Both the position numbers and the translations under genes were made by a program. Of a stretch of DNA of 64,000 nucleotides, positions 1-14,762 are shown one piece after another. This stretch comes from the human T2T-CHM13v2.0 reference genome, Homo sapiens: assembly GCA_009914755.4 (NCBI GenBank), contig CP086569.2, positions 192,001 to 256,000 of the forward strand, read 5' to 3'. Each line of letters starts with the position of its first letter. Within the stretch, counting starts at the first letter, position 1. The notes beneath the pieces were generated by a model. The model was not told the origin of the DNA. It was given only the letters and a program-made list of their open reading frames with translations, and made no database searches.

Positions 1-1689
1 TGTACCCTGTATACACAAATATTACTTGTACATTCAAAATAAAATTTAAAATAAAGATGCTGCCAGGAAGAAGTTAGAAACCACAGACAAAACGCTCCAA
101 GAGTCCTCATGTGAAATTCTAAGAGAGGCAAAGCTACAGCGACCGGAAGCACATCTGCAGCTGGCCCGGGCCAGGGAGAAAAGGGGAATGATGAGGCGCA
201 AAAGGAGGCACGTGGGACACCCACGGCAGGTGACAAACGGCCGGTCCTGCCTATGAGGATGGATACCCAGGTGTGTGCTTTACCAAAACGGATCAAATTG
301 TACACTTAAAATTGGTGAATCTTAGGGTGTGTAATTATATGACAATACAGCTGGCCAAACAAAAAACTATTCAATAAACTAAAAAAAATGACAGAAGGAA
401 GTGTATGTAAAAAAGATGACTGTAGAAATTCATGAGGGAAAGAACTGAAATAATCTGTAACACTGACAGCTGCTTTACTGAAAGAGATATACGTTAGTGT
501 GTAGCATGACGGATCAAGAAAGGAACCGGAAATAAATGATTCTGTCAAGAAAGTGTCTATGTATGATGCAGATACGATCAATATTTTGTAAATCGTACAA
601 GACAAGGAAAAGCTTTAGAGCAAGAAATTTCTAAGTTACGCAAAAAATTTTTAGAAAAAATGTAAATCATCAAAATAGTCTCCATAAATGAAAAGCCTGA
701 ATTAGCCAACAACGTTTGAAGGAAATTAACAAAGAGAAAAGTGTGTTTTCCTGTGGGGGCAGCTGAGGGGGTGGAGTTTGGTGGAGGTGAAGGAGCTGAT
801 GACTCTGTCTCAAACGGCTTCAGAGAAAACACAGAGGAGTGACAATGATGAAAGGGAGGAAATGATGTATGAGATCAGCCCTGACTCACACAGACAGGAA
901 GAACCGGGCCAGGAGAAGGCACACACGGACCTCGCTGCACGGCCACGGCTAAGATCCACGGGGGGACCCCCCTCATCAAACTCAAAGTCCCCTCAGACGT
1001 GAGTTCTCAAGCAGCCGCCGGCCAAAGTCCACCCGCCTGACAACACGCGTGTGGAGCTGTGACTCCAGGCCCTCACTCAGTCACTCACGCGACGGGGAGA
1101 ACTCGAAACGGCAGTGACACCCCTACTCGTTCGTCCCCTGGGCCGGGGACCCGGCTCACAGAAAACCGTCCCAAAGGCACACGATGGAGACGTGGACGGA
1201 CATCTGCAGGTAGCGGCGAGCTGGGCGCCACCGAGACAGGCTCAGCAGCCTTGGCGGGGAAGCTGAAGTTTGCCTGCGGCCCCCACACACGCGGGACGCT
1301 CACAGGGTTCTGCCGCCACAGCGCAGGTGGATTAAGTCGCGACAGCGCACACCCTGCTGGCCTCTGCCCACAGTCACGGTGGGGCCTGTGGAGGTGTCTC
1401 TCGGACTCCCAGCGGTGCAGACGCTGCAAGCGACACAACTTCAGTCTCAGAGCTCTCCCCTGCCCCGCTGGGTCACACCCAGGTCACCCTGCTTCTCTGG
1501 GGCATCGAAGACAACGACAAAACTTGCTTTTTACCACCAAACGTGACATCCAGCCAACGGACCAGGTTCTTTCAAGTCTTAAAGCCTCACTACCTTAGAC
1601 GGCCAAGGCCAGTGCCGCTGTGCGTGGAAGCGAGGTGACACCGAGAACTGAGTCCTGGAAGGAAAATGACATGAAGCGCGCACATGAGA

Positions 1690-1965
1690 ACCAGGCGCCG
1701 AGGCGGGGAAGCACCGCGGAGGGGAGGTGGCCGCTGTGGGGGGCGGCACCACGGGGGGGGGGAGGCGCCGTTGGGGAGAAGCACCGTGGGGATGAAGCAC
1801 CAAGTGGGGAGGGGCGCTGTGGCGGGGAAGCATCGTGGGGACGGGCGCCCTGGCGGGGAAGCACCGCGGCGGGGGTAGGGGAGGGCGGGGCGGCGCCCTG
1901 GCGGGGAAGCACCGCGGCCGGGGAGGGGCATCGTGGCGGGGAAGCACTGAGGGGAATACATGGGT
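1690..1965. repeat. GC-rich degenerate minisatellite (about 30-40 bp units, GGCGGGGAAGCACCGCGG-like)
   Basis: Repeated GGGGAAGCACCG(C/T)GG cores visible by eye; about 75 percent GC. Confidence 0.6.
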
Positions 1966-3163
1966 CCCATGCAGGAACCTCACTGGGCTGCGCGAGCGGC
2001 TTTGTAGGACCCGAAGCGGACGCAGCGCGTGAGCTGCAAAAGAGGTGACTGACCCAGCCCGAGGCGCGCAGAGACCCTGTGGGTGGGGCCGGGCGCACTC
2101 CGCGAGGGTGAGTTCTCCACACAACGGAGGCTGTACTGAAAAGGATGAAGGTGTCCCAGCAGACGGAATGCCAGCAAAGAGACCTCCCAGTGAAGGAACT
2201 CTCAGAGATACCCCACAACTTCAAGAGCACCAAGGATAAAACGCGGAAGCTGAGCAAGGCGTGTTAAGTCGAGTGAGTCTGCCAGGGCACGGAGCAGGTG
2301 CTCACTCCACACGGGACAAGGAGATGGCACTGCTGTAACTACTTTTGGCAAGTTTTTACTGAGAGATGAAACAATTCTTAATGCTTCTGGTGTTTTAAAT
2401 TACAGCACACTAGGTAAATATTAGTTCTTTTCATTCACTACATGTTTGCAACCGACTGTAAGAAAGTTTCTAATATTTCAACAAAAATGATTATAGAATG
2501 ATCCTAATTTTTACTGGAAGATGGTTTTGCATGGTTGTGACTTATCTGGTCCTTTCATGGCCCCACACTGCCGTACAAGACAGGGACACCTCTACAAATA
2601 CGGAGTGACTTAGCAAAAACAAATATGCAAGTGTACAACAGCATGCTAATTTTTCTCTAAGAAATGCAAGAAGTATGTATGTTCATACTCATACACATAT
2701 TTGTACATAATTGCTCATATTAAAAGCTAAAATAACAATAAGAGGATAAACCAAAGCTATGGAAACTATTACCTCCGGGGTAGAAACAGCACAGACAGGG
2801 ACAGAACCTGGACTTACCTGAATGTGTCTAGTTTGTTAGTGCTCACTTTGTAACCATGGAGGTTTTTACATATTTATAAAACAAAACTTTTTAAAATACT
2901 TTAAAAACACAATCCCTAATAGAAAAAGGGCGGGGACACTTCTTAATGTGTTCTTTCAGACCCGTATTGCCCTAAAACCAAAACCAGACAAAGGACTCAC
3001 AAGAAAACTACCAAGCACTGTCTTCTCTGTGAATCCAGTTGCAAAATTATTGGAATCCAGCAACATATAAAAAAGATGAGACACAGCGACCATGCGGAAT
3101 TTATGCCAGGAATGCAAGGTTGGTTTAACATCCCAAAACCAACTCATTTAATAGACTGTATTA

Positions 3164-3517
<354 letters not shown>

Positions 3518-4336
3518 TCACAGCTGCAGAGCTGGAGAGGGCTGGGGGGCAGGGGTCTCACCGTGAGGGGCTCACATGTACCGTGCACCGAGGCTCTGGG
3601 GCTCTGACTTGGAGGGGTGGGAGCATCCACTGGCCAGCGACTCCACCTGGAGGGTAGGAGGCTGGAGATGCGGGCACAGGTCCCTGGAAACACAACCACC
3701 CACCAGGGGTCTAGACACGCATCTCTGGTGTAGGCCTTGCCTTGGTAACGGACAGACACTAAACTGAGTGTGCTCCATCTGTGGGCGTCCAGGCGGTCAG
3801 CCTGGAGAGCATGCAGCTGAGAAGGAAAGCAGGCGGCGAATGATGCACGCCGCGCCGCAGCACTCAGGGTGAGTCTAGAAATGGGCCCATGGGGCTGCTG
3901 CCAGGAGACAGGGGTCCACAGCTGCCCAGCCTGGGATGGCCGCTCCTCGGGCAGAAAGGGGCAAGGCCAGGAGGGTGCAGAACGGCCTCTGAGAGCCACA
4001 AGAGCTGGCACCACTGGCCCCGGAGGGGAGAGAAGGGGAGGGTGGCACAGGGCGGGCCTGCGCTCTTCACAGCCTCAGGATGAGAATGCAGACGGAATTC
4101 CCACTCGCGTTTCAGATGCTTAAGAATTCACACAGCAGCAACCAGACAGCAAACCTCAGACCACAACTATAACCTCAGAGAAAACCTGGGCCGCTCCCGC
4201 ACACGTGTGAAACGCACCCTCCTCGGCCGTGCCGCCTCACGCTCGTGTGACACGCACCCACCTCGGCCGCTCCGCCTCACCCTCACATGCCCGCAGTACC
4301 ACCTCGGCTGCTCCACGTCCCACGCGTGACACGTAC

Positions 4337-4522
4337 CTTGGCCACCAGGCCCATGTCGTCCATGGTGGCCCTCTCGTGGGGGAACCGGGCGAAGGTGCTC
4401 TCGATCTTGCTGATGACGGCATCCACGTTGACGGAGTCCTGCGGGCGTCCTCTGGGGAAGTAGAAGGTCGGAATGCTTTGGCTCGTGGCCGGGGGCAGAG
4501 GCTCTTCTTTCCGTGTCTGAAC
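4337..4522 (-). CDS. PPP2R3B: Internal coding exon of PP2A B'' regulatory subunit: VQTRKEEPLPPATSQSIPTFYFPRGRPQDSVNVDAVISKIESTFARFPHERATMDDMGLVAK (62 codons, phase 0/0)
   Basis: On the minus strand: pyrimidine tract plus CTAAC branch-point-like motif plus AG acceptor (4524-4523), GTACGT donor (4336-4331). IPxFYFPxGxP...ISKIE...ERATxDDMGxVAK is the conserved B''-family motif as recalled. In frame with both upstream first exons. Confidence 0.7.
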
Positions 4523-5294
4523 CTGAAGAGTCGACAGACAGCGCTCAGTTAGAACCTGGGAGCATCGAACGCCTTCTTCACCCGGACAACACACGGGGCC
4601 TCTCTAGGGCCGACAGTGCTGAGGCCACCTGATCCCAGCCGGGAGAGGACACACTGCAATCCCTGCGGGGGACCACACACGTACTCCACTGCAGGGCCCA
4701 CCTTCACCCAGGAGGCCACACCATGCTGCCATGGACCCCACTCTGGGTGGCGGCTCTGCGCCACTGAGCCCCCATCACACCGAGCAGGGCCCTGGGGACA
4801 AGGGCAGCTACGTGCCCCAGGCACCTGAGAGCCCAGCCAGGACCCACTCCCGATTCCCATGAGCCACACCACTGACCCCACCACACCTGGCAGGGACCTG
4901 GGGAAAAGGGCAGCCACGCACCCCAGACGCCTGAGAGCTCAGACGTGGAGAGGCACAGGTGCCGTCCACAGGCAACCCTGTCCCTGGAGCCCGGAAGACT
5001 CACATTCTGAGAGGCAGAGGCAGGGCAGGCAACCACACAGCCAGGAGAAGGGGTCGACCACCAGGTACTGCTGCGGACACGCCTCAGCCCCTCACCCGGT
5101 GCACAGCCCACGCCCACGGGCTCTTGGCCCCACTCAGCACCAGCACTCCCCTCACCCAGTATATCTGCAGGCCCCAGAACACTCACTCAAGAGTCTCCTG
5201 CTTGCATCTCTACACAACCTGCGAGGTGGACATTTGATCTCATCCCGTGATGTTAAAACACCATCTGAAACAGTTAACAGCATCAGCAACCGTA

Positions 5295-5600
5295 CTGCGT
5301 CCTCCTCCATCAACTGCCCAAGGGACGGTGCTGCGTCCTCCCCCACCATCAACTACTGAAGGGACGGGGCTGCGTCCTCCTCCTCCTCCAACTACCCAGG
5401 GAACGGGGCTGTGTCCTTCCCCATCAACTACTCGGGACGAGGCTTCGTCCTCCCCCATCAACTACTCAGGGGACAGGGCTGTGTCCTCCTTGACCAACTA
5501 CCTAGGGAATGGGGCTGCGTCCTCCTCCTCCTCCATCAACTACTCAGGGGACGGGGCTGTGTCCTCCTCAACCAACTGCCATGGAGGAGGGGTCCAGGGA
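5295..5600. repeat. Degenerate 36-42 bp minisatellite (TCCTCC(TCC)nATCAACTAC..GGGACGGGGCTGCG), about 8 copies
   Basis: Visible tandem periodicity; produces repetitive low-complexity ORFs on the plus strand. Confidence 0.6.
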
Positions 5601-5699
5601 GGAAGTCCGCACACCAGTGGACCACAGCTCAGGGCCTTTGCACCCACAATCCTGACTGCCTGGATCAATCCAGGACTGGGTCCAAGCTCCAGTGTCCAC

Positions 5700-5945
5700 A
5701 CAGAGAAAACAGCCCGCCCTGCTACTCCCACAGGACCCTCACCGCAGGTCACAAGGGTCCCACAGACAGCACCCCAACTGTCCCCACCCTGCTACTGCCA
5801 CAGTATCCTCACCGCAGGTCACAAGGGTCCCACAGCGCCCCAACTGTCCCCACCCTGCTACTCCCACAGGACCCTCACCCCAGGTCACAAGGGTCCCACT
5901 GACAGCGCCCCAACTGTGCCCACCCTGCTGTCCCTGCAGGACCCT
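5700..5945. repeat. About 62-70 bp tandem repeat x3.5 (CCCTGCTACTCCCACAGGACCCTCACCGCAGGTCACAAGGGTCCCAC...)
   Basis: Near-identical copies at about 5716, 5786 and 5851. Confidence 0.6.
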
Positions 5946-6141
5946 CACCCACGGTGAGACTCAGTTGTTTTTCTCTGATCCCCATGTAGGAGGAACAGAG
6001 GCCGCCTCCGTGACCTGGGGCAGAGCAGGCTTCCCGCAGTAGCTGCCAACTGAGTGCTCCTTCAGCACAGCTTTACCTAAGGGCACACCCCTTCCCTGTG
6101 ATTCAGAACGTGACCTCTGTGTCCTGGGGCAGGAGGTCCCT

Positions 6142-9100
6142 GCATCTCCCCGAGCCCGCGATCCCACAGTGCATCTCCCCGAGCCCACGATCCCGCAGTG
6201 CATCTCCCCGAGCCCACGATCCCGCAGTGCATCTCCCCAAGCCCACCATCCCACAGTGCATCTCCCCGAGCCCACCGTCCCACAGTGCATCTCCCCGAGC
6301 CCACCATCCCACAGTGCATCTCCCCGAGCCCGCAATCCCACAATGCATCTCCCCGAGCCCGCGATCCCACAATGCATCTCCCCGAGCCCAGCATCCCACA
6401 ATGCATCTCCCCGAGCCCAGCATCCCACAATGCATCTCCCCAAGCCCGCGATCCCGCAGTGCATCTCCCCGAGCCCGCGATCCCGCAGTGCATCTCCATG
6501 AGTCCACGATCCCACAATGCATCTCCCCGTGCCCGCAATCCCACAATGCATCCCCCCGAGCCCACCATCCCACAGTCATCTCCCTGTGCCCACCATCCCA
6601 CAATGCATCTCCCCAAGCCCGCGATCCCACAGTGCATCTCCCCGAGCCCACGATCCCACAGTGCATCTCCCCGAGCCCACCATCCCACAATGCATCTCCC
6701 CGAGCCCACCATCCCACAATGCATCTCCCCGAGCCCACCATCCCACAATGCATCTCCCCGAGCCCACCATCCCACAATGCATCTCCCCGAGCCCACCATC
6801 CCACAGTGCATCTCCCCGAGCCCGCGATCCCACAGTGCATCTCCCCGAGCCCGCGATCCCACAGTGCATCTCCCCGAGCCCACCAACCCACAGTGCATCT
6901 CCCCGAGCCCACCATCCCACAGTGCATCTCCCCGAGCCCACCATCCCACAGTGCATCTCCCCGAGCCCACGATCCCACAGTGCATCTCCCCGTGCCCACG
7001 ATCCCACAGTGCATCTCCCCGAGCCCACCATCCCACAGTGCATCTCCCCGTGCCCACCATCCCACAGTGCATCTCCCCGAGCCCACGATCCCACAATGCA
7101 TCTCCCCGTGCCCACGATCCCACAATGCATCTCCCTGAGCCCACGATCCCACAATGCATCTCCCTGTGCCCACGATCCCACAGTGCATCTCTCTGAGCCC
7201 ACCATCCCACAATGCATCTCCCCGTGCCCGCAATCCCACAGTGCATCTCTCGAAGCCCACGATCCCACAATGCATCTCCCCGAGCCCACCATCCCACAAT
7301 GCATCTCCCCGTGCCCGCAATCCCACAGTGCATCTCTCCAAGCCCACGATCCCACAGTGCATCTCCGCGTGCCCACGATCCCACAGTGCATCTCCCCGAG
7401 CCCACGATCCCACAGTGCATCTCCCCGAGCCCACGATCCCACAGTGCATCTCCCCGTGCCCACGATCCCACAGTGCATCTCCCCGAGCCCACGATCCCAC
7501 AATGCATCTCCCCGAGCCCGCGATCCCACAGTGCATCTCCCCGAGCCCGCGATCCCACAGTGCATCTCCATGAGTCCACGATCCCACAGTGCATCTCCCC
7601 GTGCCCACGATCCCACAGTGCATCTCCCCGAGCCCACCATCCCACAGTGCATCTCCCCGTGCCCACCATCCCACAGTGCATCTCCCCGAGCCCACGATCC
7701 CACAATGCATCTCCCCGTGCCCACGATCCCACAATGCATCTCCCTGAGCCCACGATCCCACAATGCATCTCCCTGTGCCCACGATCCCACAGTGCATCTC
7801 TCCGAGCCCACCATCCCACAATGCATCTCCCCGTGCCCGCAATCCCACAGTGCATCTCTCGAAGCCCACGATCCCACAATGCATCTCCCCGAGCCCACCA
7901 TCCCACAATGCATCTCCCCGTGCCCGCAATCCCACAGTGCATCTCTCCAAGCCCACGATCCCACAGTGCATCTCCGCGTGCCCACGATCCCACAGTGCAT
8001 CTCCCCGAGCCCACGATCCCACAGTGCATCTCCCCGAGCCCACCATCCCACAGTGCATCTCCCCGAGCCCACCATCCCACAATGCATCTCCCCGAGCCCA
8101 CCATCCCACAATGCATCTCCCCGAGCCCACCATCCCACAATGCATCTCCCCGAGCCCACCATCCCACAATGCATCTCCCCGAGCCCGCGATCCCACAGTG
8201 CATCTCCCCGAGCCCGCGATCCCACAGTGCATCTCCCCGAGCCCACCAACCCACAGTGCATCTCCCCGAGCCCACCATCCCACAGTGCATCTCCCCGAGC
8301 CCACCATCCCACAGTGCATCTCCCCGAGCCCACGATCCCACAGTGCATCTCCCCGTGCCCACGATCCCACAGTGCATCTCCCCGAGCCCACCATCCCACA
8401 GTGCATCTCCCCGAGCCCACGATCCCACAGTGCATCTCCCCGTGCCCACGATCCCACAATGCATCTCCCTGAGCCCACGATCCCACAATGCATCTCCCTG
8501 TGCCCACGATCCCACAGTGCATCTCTCTGAGCCCACCATCCCACAATGCATCTCCCCGTGCCCGCAATCCCACAGTGCATCTCTCGAAGCCCACGATCCC
8601 ACAATGCATCTCCCCGAGCCCACCATCCCACAATGCATCTCCCCGTGCCCGCAATCCCACAGTGCATCTCTCCAAGCCCACGATCCCACAGTGCATCTCC
8701 GCGTGCCCACGATCCCACAGTGCATCTCCCCGAGCCCACGATCCCACAGTGCATCTCCCCGAGCCCACGATCCCACAGTGCATCTCCCCGTGCCCACGAT
8801 CCCACAGTGCATCTCCCCGTGCCCACGATCCCACAGTGCATCTCCCCGAGCCCACGATCCCACAATGCATCTCCCCGAGCCCGCGATCCCACAGTGCATC
8901 TCCCCGAGCCCGCGATCCCACAGTGCATCTCCATGAGTCCACGATCCCACAGTGCATCTCCCCGTGCCCACGATCCCACAGTGCATCTCCCCGAGCCCAC
9001 CATCCCACAGTGCATCTCCCCGTGCCCACCATCCCACAAAGCATCTCCCCGAGCCCACGATCCCACAATGCATCTCCCCGTGCCCACGATCCCACAATGC

Positions 9101-10515
9101 ATCTCCCTGAGCCCACGATCCCACAATGCATCTCCCTGTGCCCACGATCCCACAGTGCATCTCCCCGTGCCCGCAATCCCACAGTGCATCTCCCCGTGCC
9201 CGCAATCCCACAGTGCATCTCTCGAAGCCCACGATCCCACAATGCATCTCCCCGAGCCCACCATCCCACAATGCATCTCCCCGTGCCCGCAATCCCACAG
9301 TGCATCTCTCCAAGCCCACGATCCCACAGTGCATCTCCGCGTGCCCACGATCCCACAGTGCATCTCCCCGAGCCCACGATCCCACAGTGCATCTCCCCGA
9401 GCCCACGATCCCACAGTGCATCTCCCCGTGCCCACGATCCCACAGTGCATCTCCCCGAGCCCACGATCCCACAATGCATCTCCCCGAGCCCGCGATCCCA
9501 CAGTGCATCTCCCCGAGCCCGCGATCCCACAGTGCATCTCCATGAGTCCACGATCCCACAGTGCATCTCCCCGTGCCCACGATCCCACAGTGCATCTCCC
9601 CGAGCCCACCATCCCACAGTGCATCTCCCCGTGCCCACCATCCCACAGTGCATCTCCCCGTGCCCACCATCCCACAAAGCATCTCCCCGAGCCCACGATC
9701 CCACAATGCATCTCCCCGTGCCCACGATCCCACAATGCATCTCCCTGAGCCCACGATCCCACAATGCATCTCCCTGTGCCCACGATCCCACAGTGCATCT
9801 CTCCGAGCCCACCATCCCACAATGCATCTCCCCGTGCCCGCAATCCCACAGTGCATCTCTCGAAGCCCACGATCCCACAATGCATCTCCCCGAGCCCACC
9901 ATCCCACAATGCATCTCCCCGTGCCCGCAATCCCACAGTGCATCTCTCCAAGCCCACGATCCCACAGTGCATCTCCGCGTGCCCACGATCCCACAGTGCA
10001 TCTCCCCGAGCCCACGATCCCACAGTGCATCTCCCCGAGCCCACGATCCCACAGTGCATCTCCCCGTGCCCACGATCCCACAGTGCATCTCCCCGAGCCC
10101 ACGATCCCACAATGCATCTCCCCGAGCCCGCGATCCCACAGTGCATCTCCCCGAGCCCGCGATCCCACAGTGCATCTCCATGAGTCCACGATCCCACAGT
10201 GCATCTCCCCGTGCCCACGATCCCACAGTGCATATCCACGAGTCCACGATCCCACAATGCATCTTCCCATGCCCACGATCCCACAATGCATCTTCCCATG
10301 CCCACGATCCCACAGTCCATCTCCCCGTGCCCACAATCCCACAGTGCATCTCCCCAAGCCCACGATCCCACAGTGCATCTCCCCGTGCCCACGATCCCAC
10401 AGTGCATCTCCCCGAGCCCACGATCCCACAGTGCATCTCCCCGAGCCCGGGATCCCGCAGTGCATCTCCCCGAGCCCGGGATCCCACAGTGCATCTTCCC
10501 GAGCCCACAACGCAT
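6142..10515. repeat. 29-bp minisatellite (GCATCTCCCCGAGCCCACGATCCCACAGT)n, about 150 copies, about 4.4 kb, C-rich on plus strand and G-rich on minus
   Basis: Perfect 29-bp periodicity with variant units (GAG/GTG, ACG/ACC/GCG/GCA, CAGT/CAAT). Higher-order blocks recur every 21-25 units, for example identical 420-bp stretches starting at 7154, 9126 and 9764. Confidence 0.95.
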
Positions 10516-11180
10516 TCCCGCAGCGGCGCCTTCCCGTCTCTCGCTGTGGGGGTCCCACTGTGGAGCCTGCGGCTCTTCCTCCATCATCACGCTGGGTTCA
10601 CACAGCTCTGCTATTTGGGGTACGGAACTGACCCCGCGAATATTCTGCAGTGAGCTCTCGGGCTCCTGTGTTTGGCAATATAGCAATGACCTGGGTACAC
10701 AAACCAACCTTCCTGCTGAAAACTGCCAAGAACCCTGGACAGAATAGTTGACAAACGTCTTCTAGACGGCGCCCACAGGCTGGCAGGAAAGGAGGACACC
10801 TCAGGCCACAGCTGCCTGGAAGGAAGAACCCGGGGAAGCCCGTGGAGCCTGAACAGGCTCTGCCTTCAGAAGCGTGGGCCGAGCGGGCTCACCCGAAATC
10901 TCTCACAGCCTTGCAGAGCTCTGGGGAAGAGGAGGCAAAACGCAGGGTCCTCCGGGGAAGCTCCCAGAACGCGTCACCTTCAGTGGGAAGAATGAGCTCC
11001 AAGTAAATCCCCAGCGCGCCTCCGGCCCCAGGAATGAAAGTAGCAGCCTTCACCTGGAGCTGCTGGTACGAGCTGGGCAGGGGGGAGTTCTCCCCCGAGA
11101 ACTGACGGCTACAGCCGACTCTCCTGCAGGTTTGCAAACCAAACTCACGGTCACCAGGATGCTGCGAAAACCCTCAAACC

Positions 11181-13061
<1,881 letters not shown>

Positions 13062-13231
13062 TCAATTTAAAAAACATAAATCAGTGAAAACAACGTATGT
13101 TCAATTAAAAAAAAAAAGTCAATACAACAGCCTGTCAGTGACATGCTGACTGGATGAGTGTGAGACGGTTTGTGAGTTGGAGGAAAAGATACTGATTAAT
13201 ATTGGGCTTTGAAAAATTTAGTCGACGTTCC

Positions 13232-13364
13232 TTTTTTTTTTCTTTATAGAGACGGGGTCTCGCTATGTTGTGCTGGCTGGTCTTGAACTCCTGGCCTCCA
13301 GCGATTCTCCTGCCTCAGCCTCCCAAGGCGCTGGGATCACAGGTGTGAGGCCCCGTGCCCGGCC
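13232..13364 (-). mobile_element. Partial Alu (about 135 bp)
   Basis: T-run followed by AGAGACGGGGTCTCGCTATGTTG...CCTCAGCCTCCCAAGGCGCTGGGATCACAGGTGTGAGGCCCCGTGCCCGGCC. Confidence 0.8.
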
Positions 13365-13879
13365 AGCCATTGACATTTGTAGGATAAACAGTGAGCTAGT
13401 AGGAAGCGTGTACTCCAAACGAGAGAAAAGGCGACCAAGCTGAAAAAGAGCAGGAGACAGAGGTGCAGGATGAGACGGTCACAGTCCATCACACGGATGA
13501 GCAGGCAACATCGACCTCAATGCACCGAGTGCTCTAGTTACAAGACAAAGGTCTGACTGCAGAAAGAAAACAGCATTCACGTACATGGGAGACACAGAGG
13601 ACAGAAAGACAGGAGATATATGTGACTTAAGGACCCAGAGGCTACACATTTTTTTTTGAGATGGAAAAAGAGCAGGCAGACAGTAGAGAAAGCTGGTGTC
13701 GCTGTATTAACATCCATGAAGTGACACAAGGTGATGGACAGACCTGGAGACAGACAGGCCACCAAGGAACGCTGAAGAGGTCAGTCAGGGGAAGACAGGC
13801 TGATGCTAACTTTATCCATGCCTGACAACGCAGCCTCGGCACTGATCAAGTAAACACCACTGGACACAAACTGAGCCCG

Positions 13880-14762
13880 CTAGGCAAGGCGGAGCCCACC
13901 CACCCCGGGCACAGACACAGGGAAGGCCGGGACCACCCACCCTGGGCACAGACACGGGGAAGGCCGGGACCACCCACCTTGGGCACTGACGGGGGGAAGG
14001 CCGGGATCACCCACCCCGGGCACTGACGGGGGGAAGGCCGGGACCACCCACCCCGGGCACAGACACGGGGAAGGCCGGGACCACCCACCTTGGGCACCGA
14101 CGGGGGGAAGGCCGGGACCACCCACCTTGGGCACCGACACGGGGAAGGCCGGGACCACCCACCCCGGGCACCGACGGGGGGAAGGCCGGGACCACCCACC
14201 TTGGGCACCGACACGGGGAAGGCCGGGACCACCCACCCCGGGCACTGACGGGGGGGAAGGCCGGGACCACCCACCCCGGGCACCGACGGGGGGAAGGCCG
14301 GGACCACCCACCTTGGGCACCGACGGGGGGAAGGACGGGACCACCCACCCCGGGCACCGACGGGGGGAAGGCCGGGACCACCCACCCCGGGCACCGACCG
14401 GGGGAAGGCCGGGACCACCCACCCTGGGCACCGACGGGGGGAAGGCCGGGACCACCCACCCTGGGCACCGACCGGGGGAAGGCCGGGACCACCCACCCTG
14501 GGCACCGACGGGGGGAAGGCCGGGACCACCCACCTTGGGCACCGACGGGGGGAAGGCCGGGACCACCCACCTTGGGCACCGACGGGGGGAAGGCCGGGAC
14601 CACCCACCTTGGGCACCGACACGGGGAAGGCCGGGACCACCCACCCCGGGCACTGACGGGGGGAAGGCCGGGACCACCCACCTTGGGCACCGACCGGGGG
14701 AAGGCCAGGACCACCCACCCTGGGCACCGACGGGGGGAAAGCCGGGACCACCCACCATGGGC
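13880..14762. repeat. 37-bp minisatellite (GGGCACCGACGGGGGGAAGGCCGGGACCACCCACCYY)n, about 24 copies
   Basis: Regular 37-bp periodicity with variants (ACAGACAC vs ACCGAC, CCTT vs CCCC/CCCT). Generates Pro/Gly-rich pseudo-ORFs on both strands. Confidence 0.9.

Noticed and set aside
1059-2257. Overlapping ORFs of 179-220 aa on both strands in the GC-rich block
   Set aside because: Pro/Arg/Gly-rich low-complexity translations of GC-rich DNA and a degenerate minisatellite. Both strands are open across the same bases. No splice or start context and no recognisable domain. I could not find the next PPP2R3B exon (expected to encode ACGCPLYWKGPLF-like sequence) in 1-4336.
6077-10707. Giant ORFs: 1493, 1534 and 1310 aa on the minus strand (MHCGIVGSGRCTVGSWARGDALWDRGLGE repeats) and 721, 651 and 574 aa on the plus strand (MHLPEPTIPQCISPSPRSHSASPRAHDPTV repeats)
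   Set aside because: They are pure translations of the 29-bp minisatellite. The unit has no stop codon in any of the six frames. The pseudo-proteins have about 29-residue periodicity and mutually overlap in all frames on both strands. There are no start or splice context and no similarity to real proteins.
13880-14762. SVA retrotransposon VNTR
   Set aside because: The GC-rich 37-bp VNTR is reminiscent of SVA. However, no (CCCTCT)n hexamer, Alu-like antisense segment, SINE-R/HERV-K part or poly-A is adjacent.
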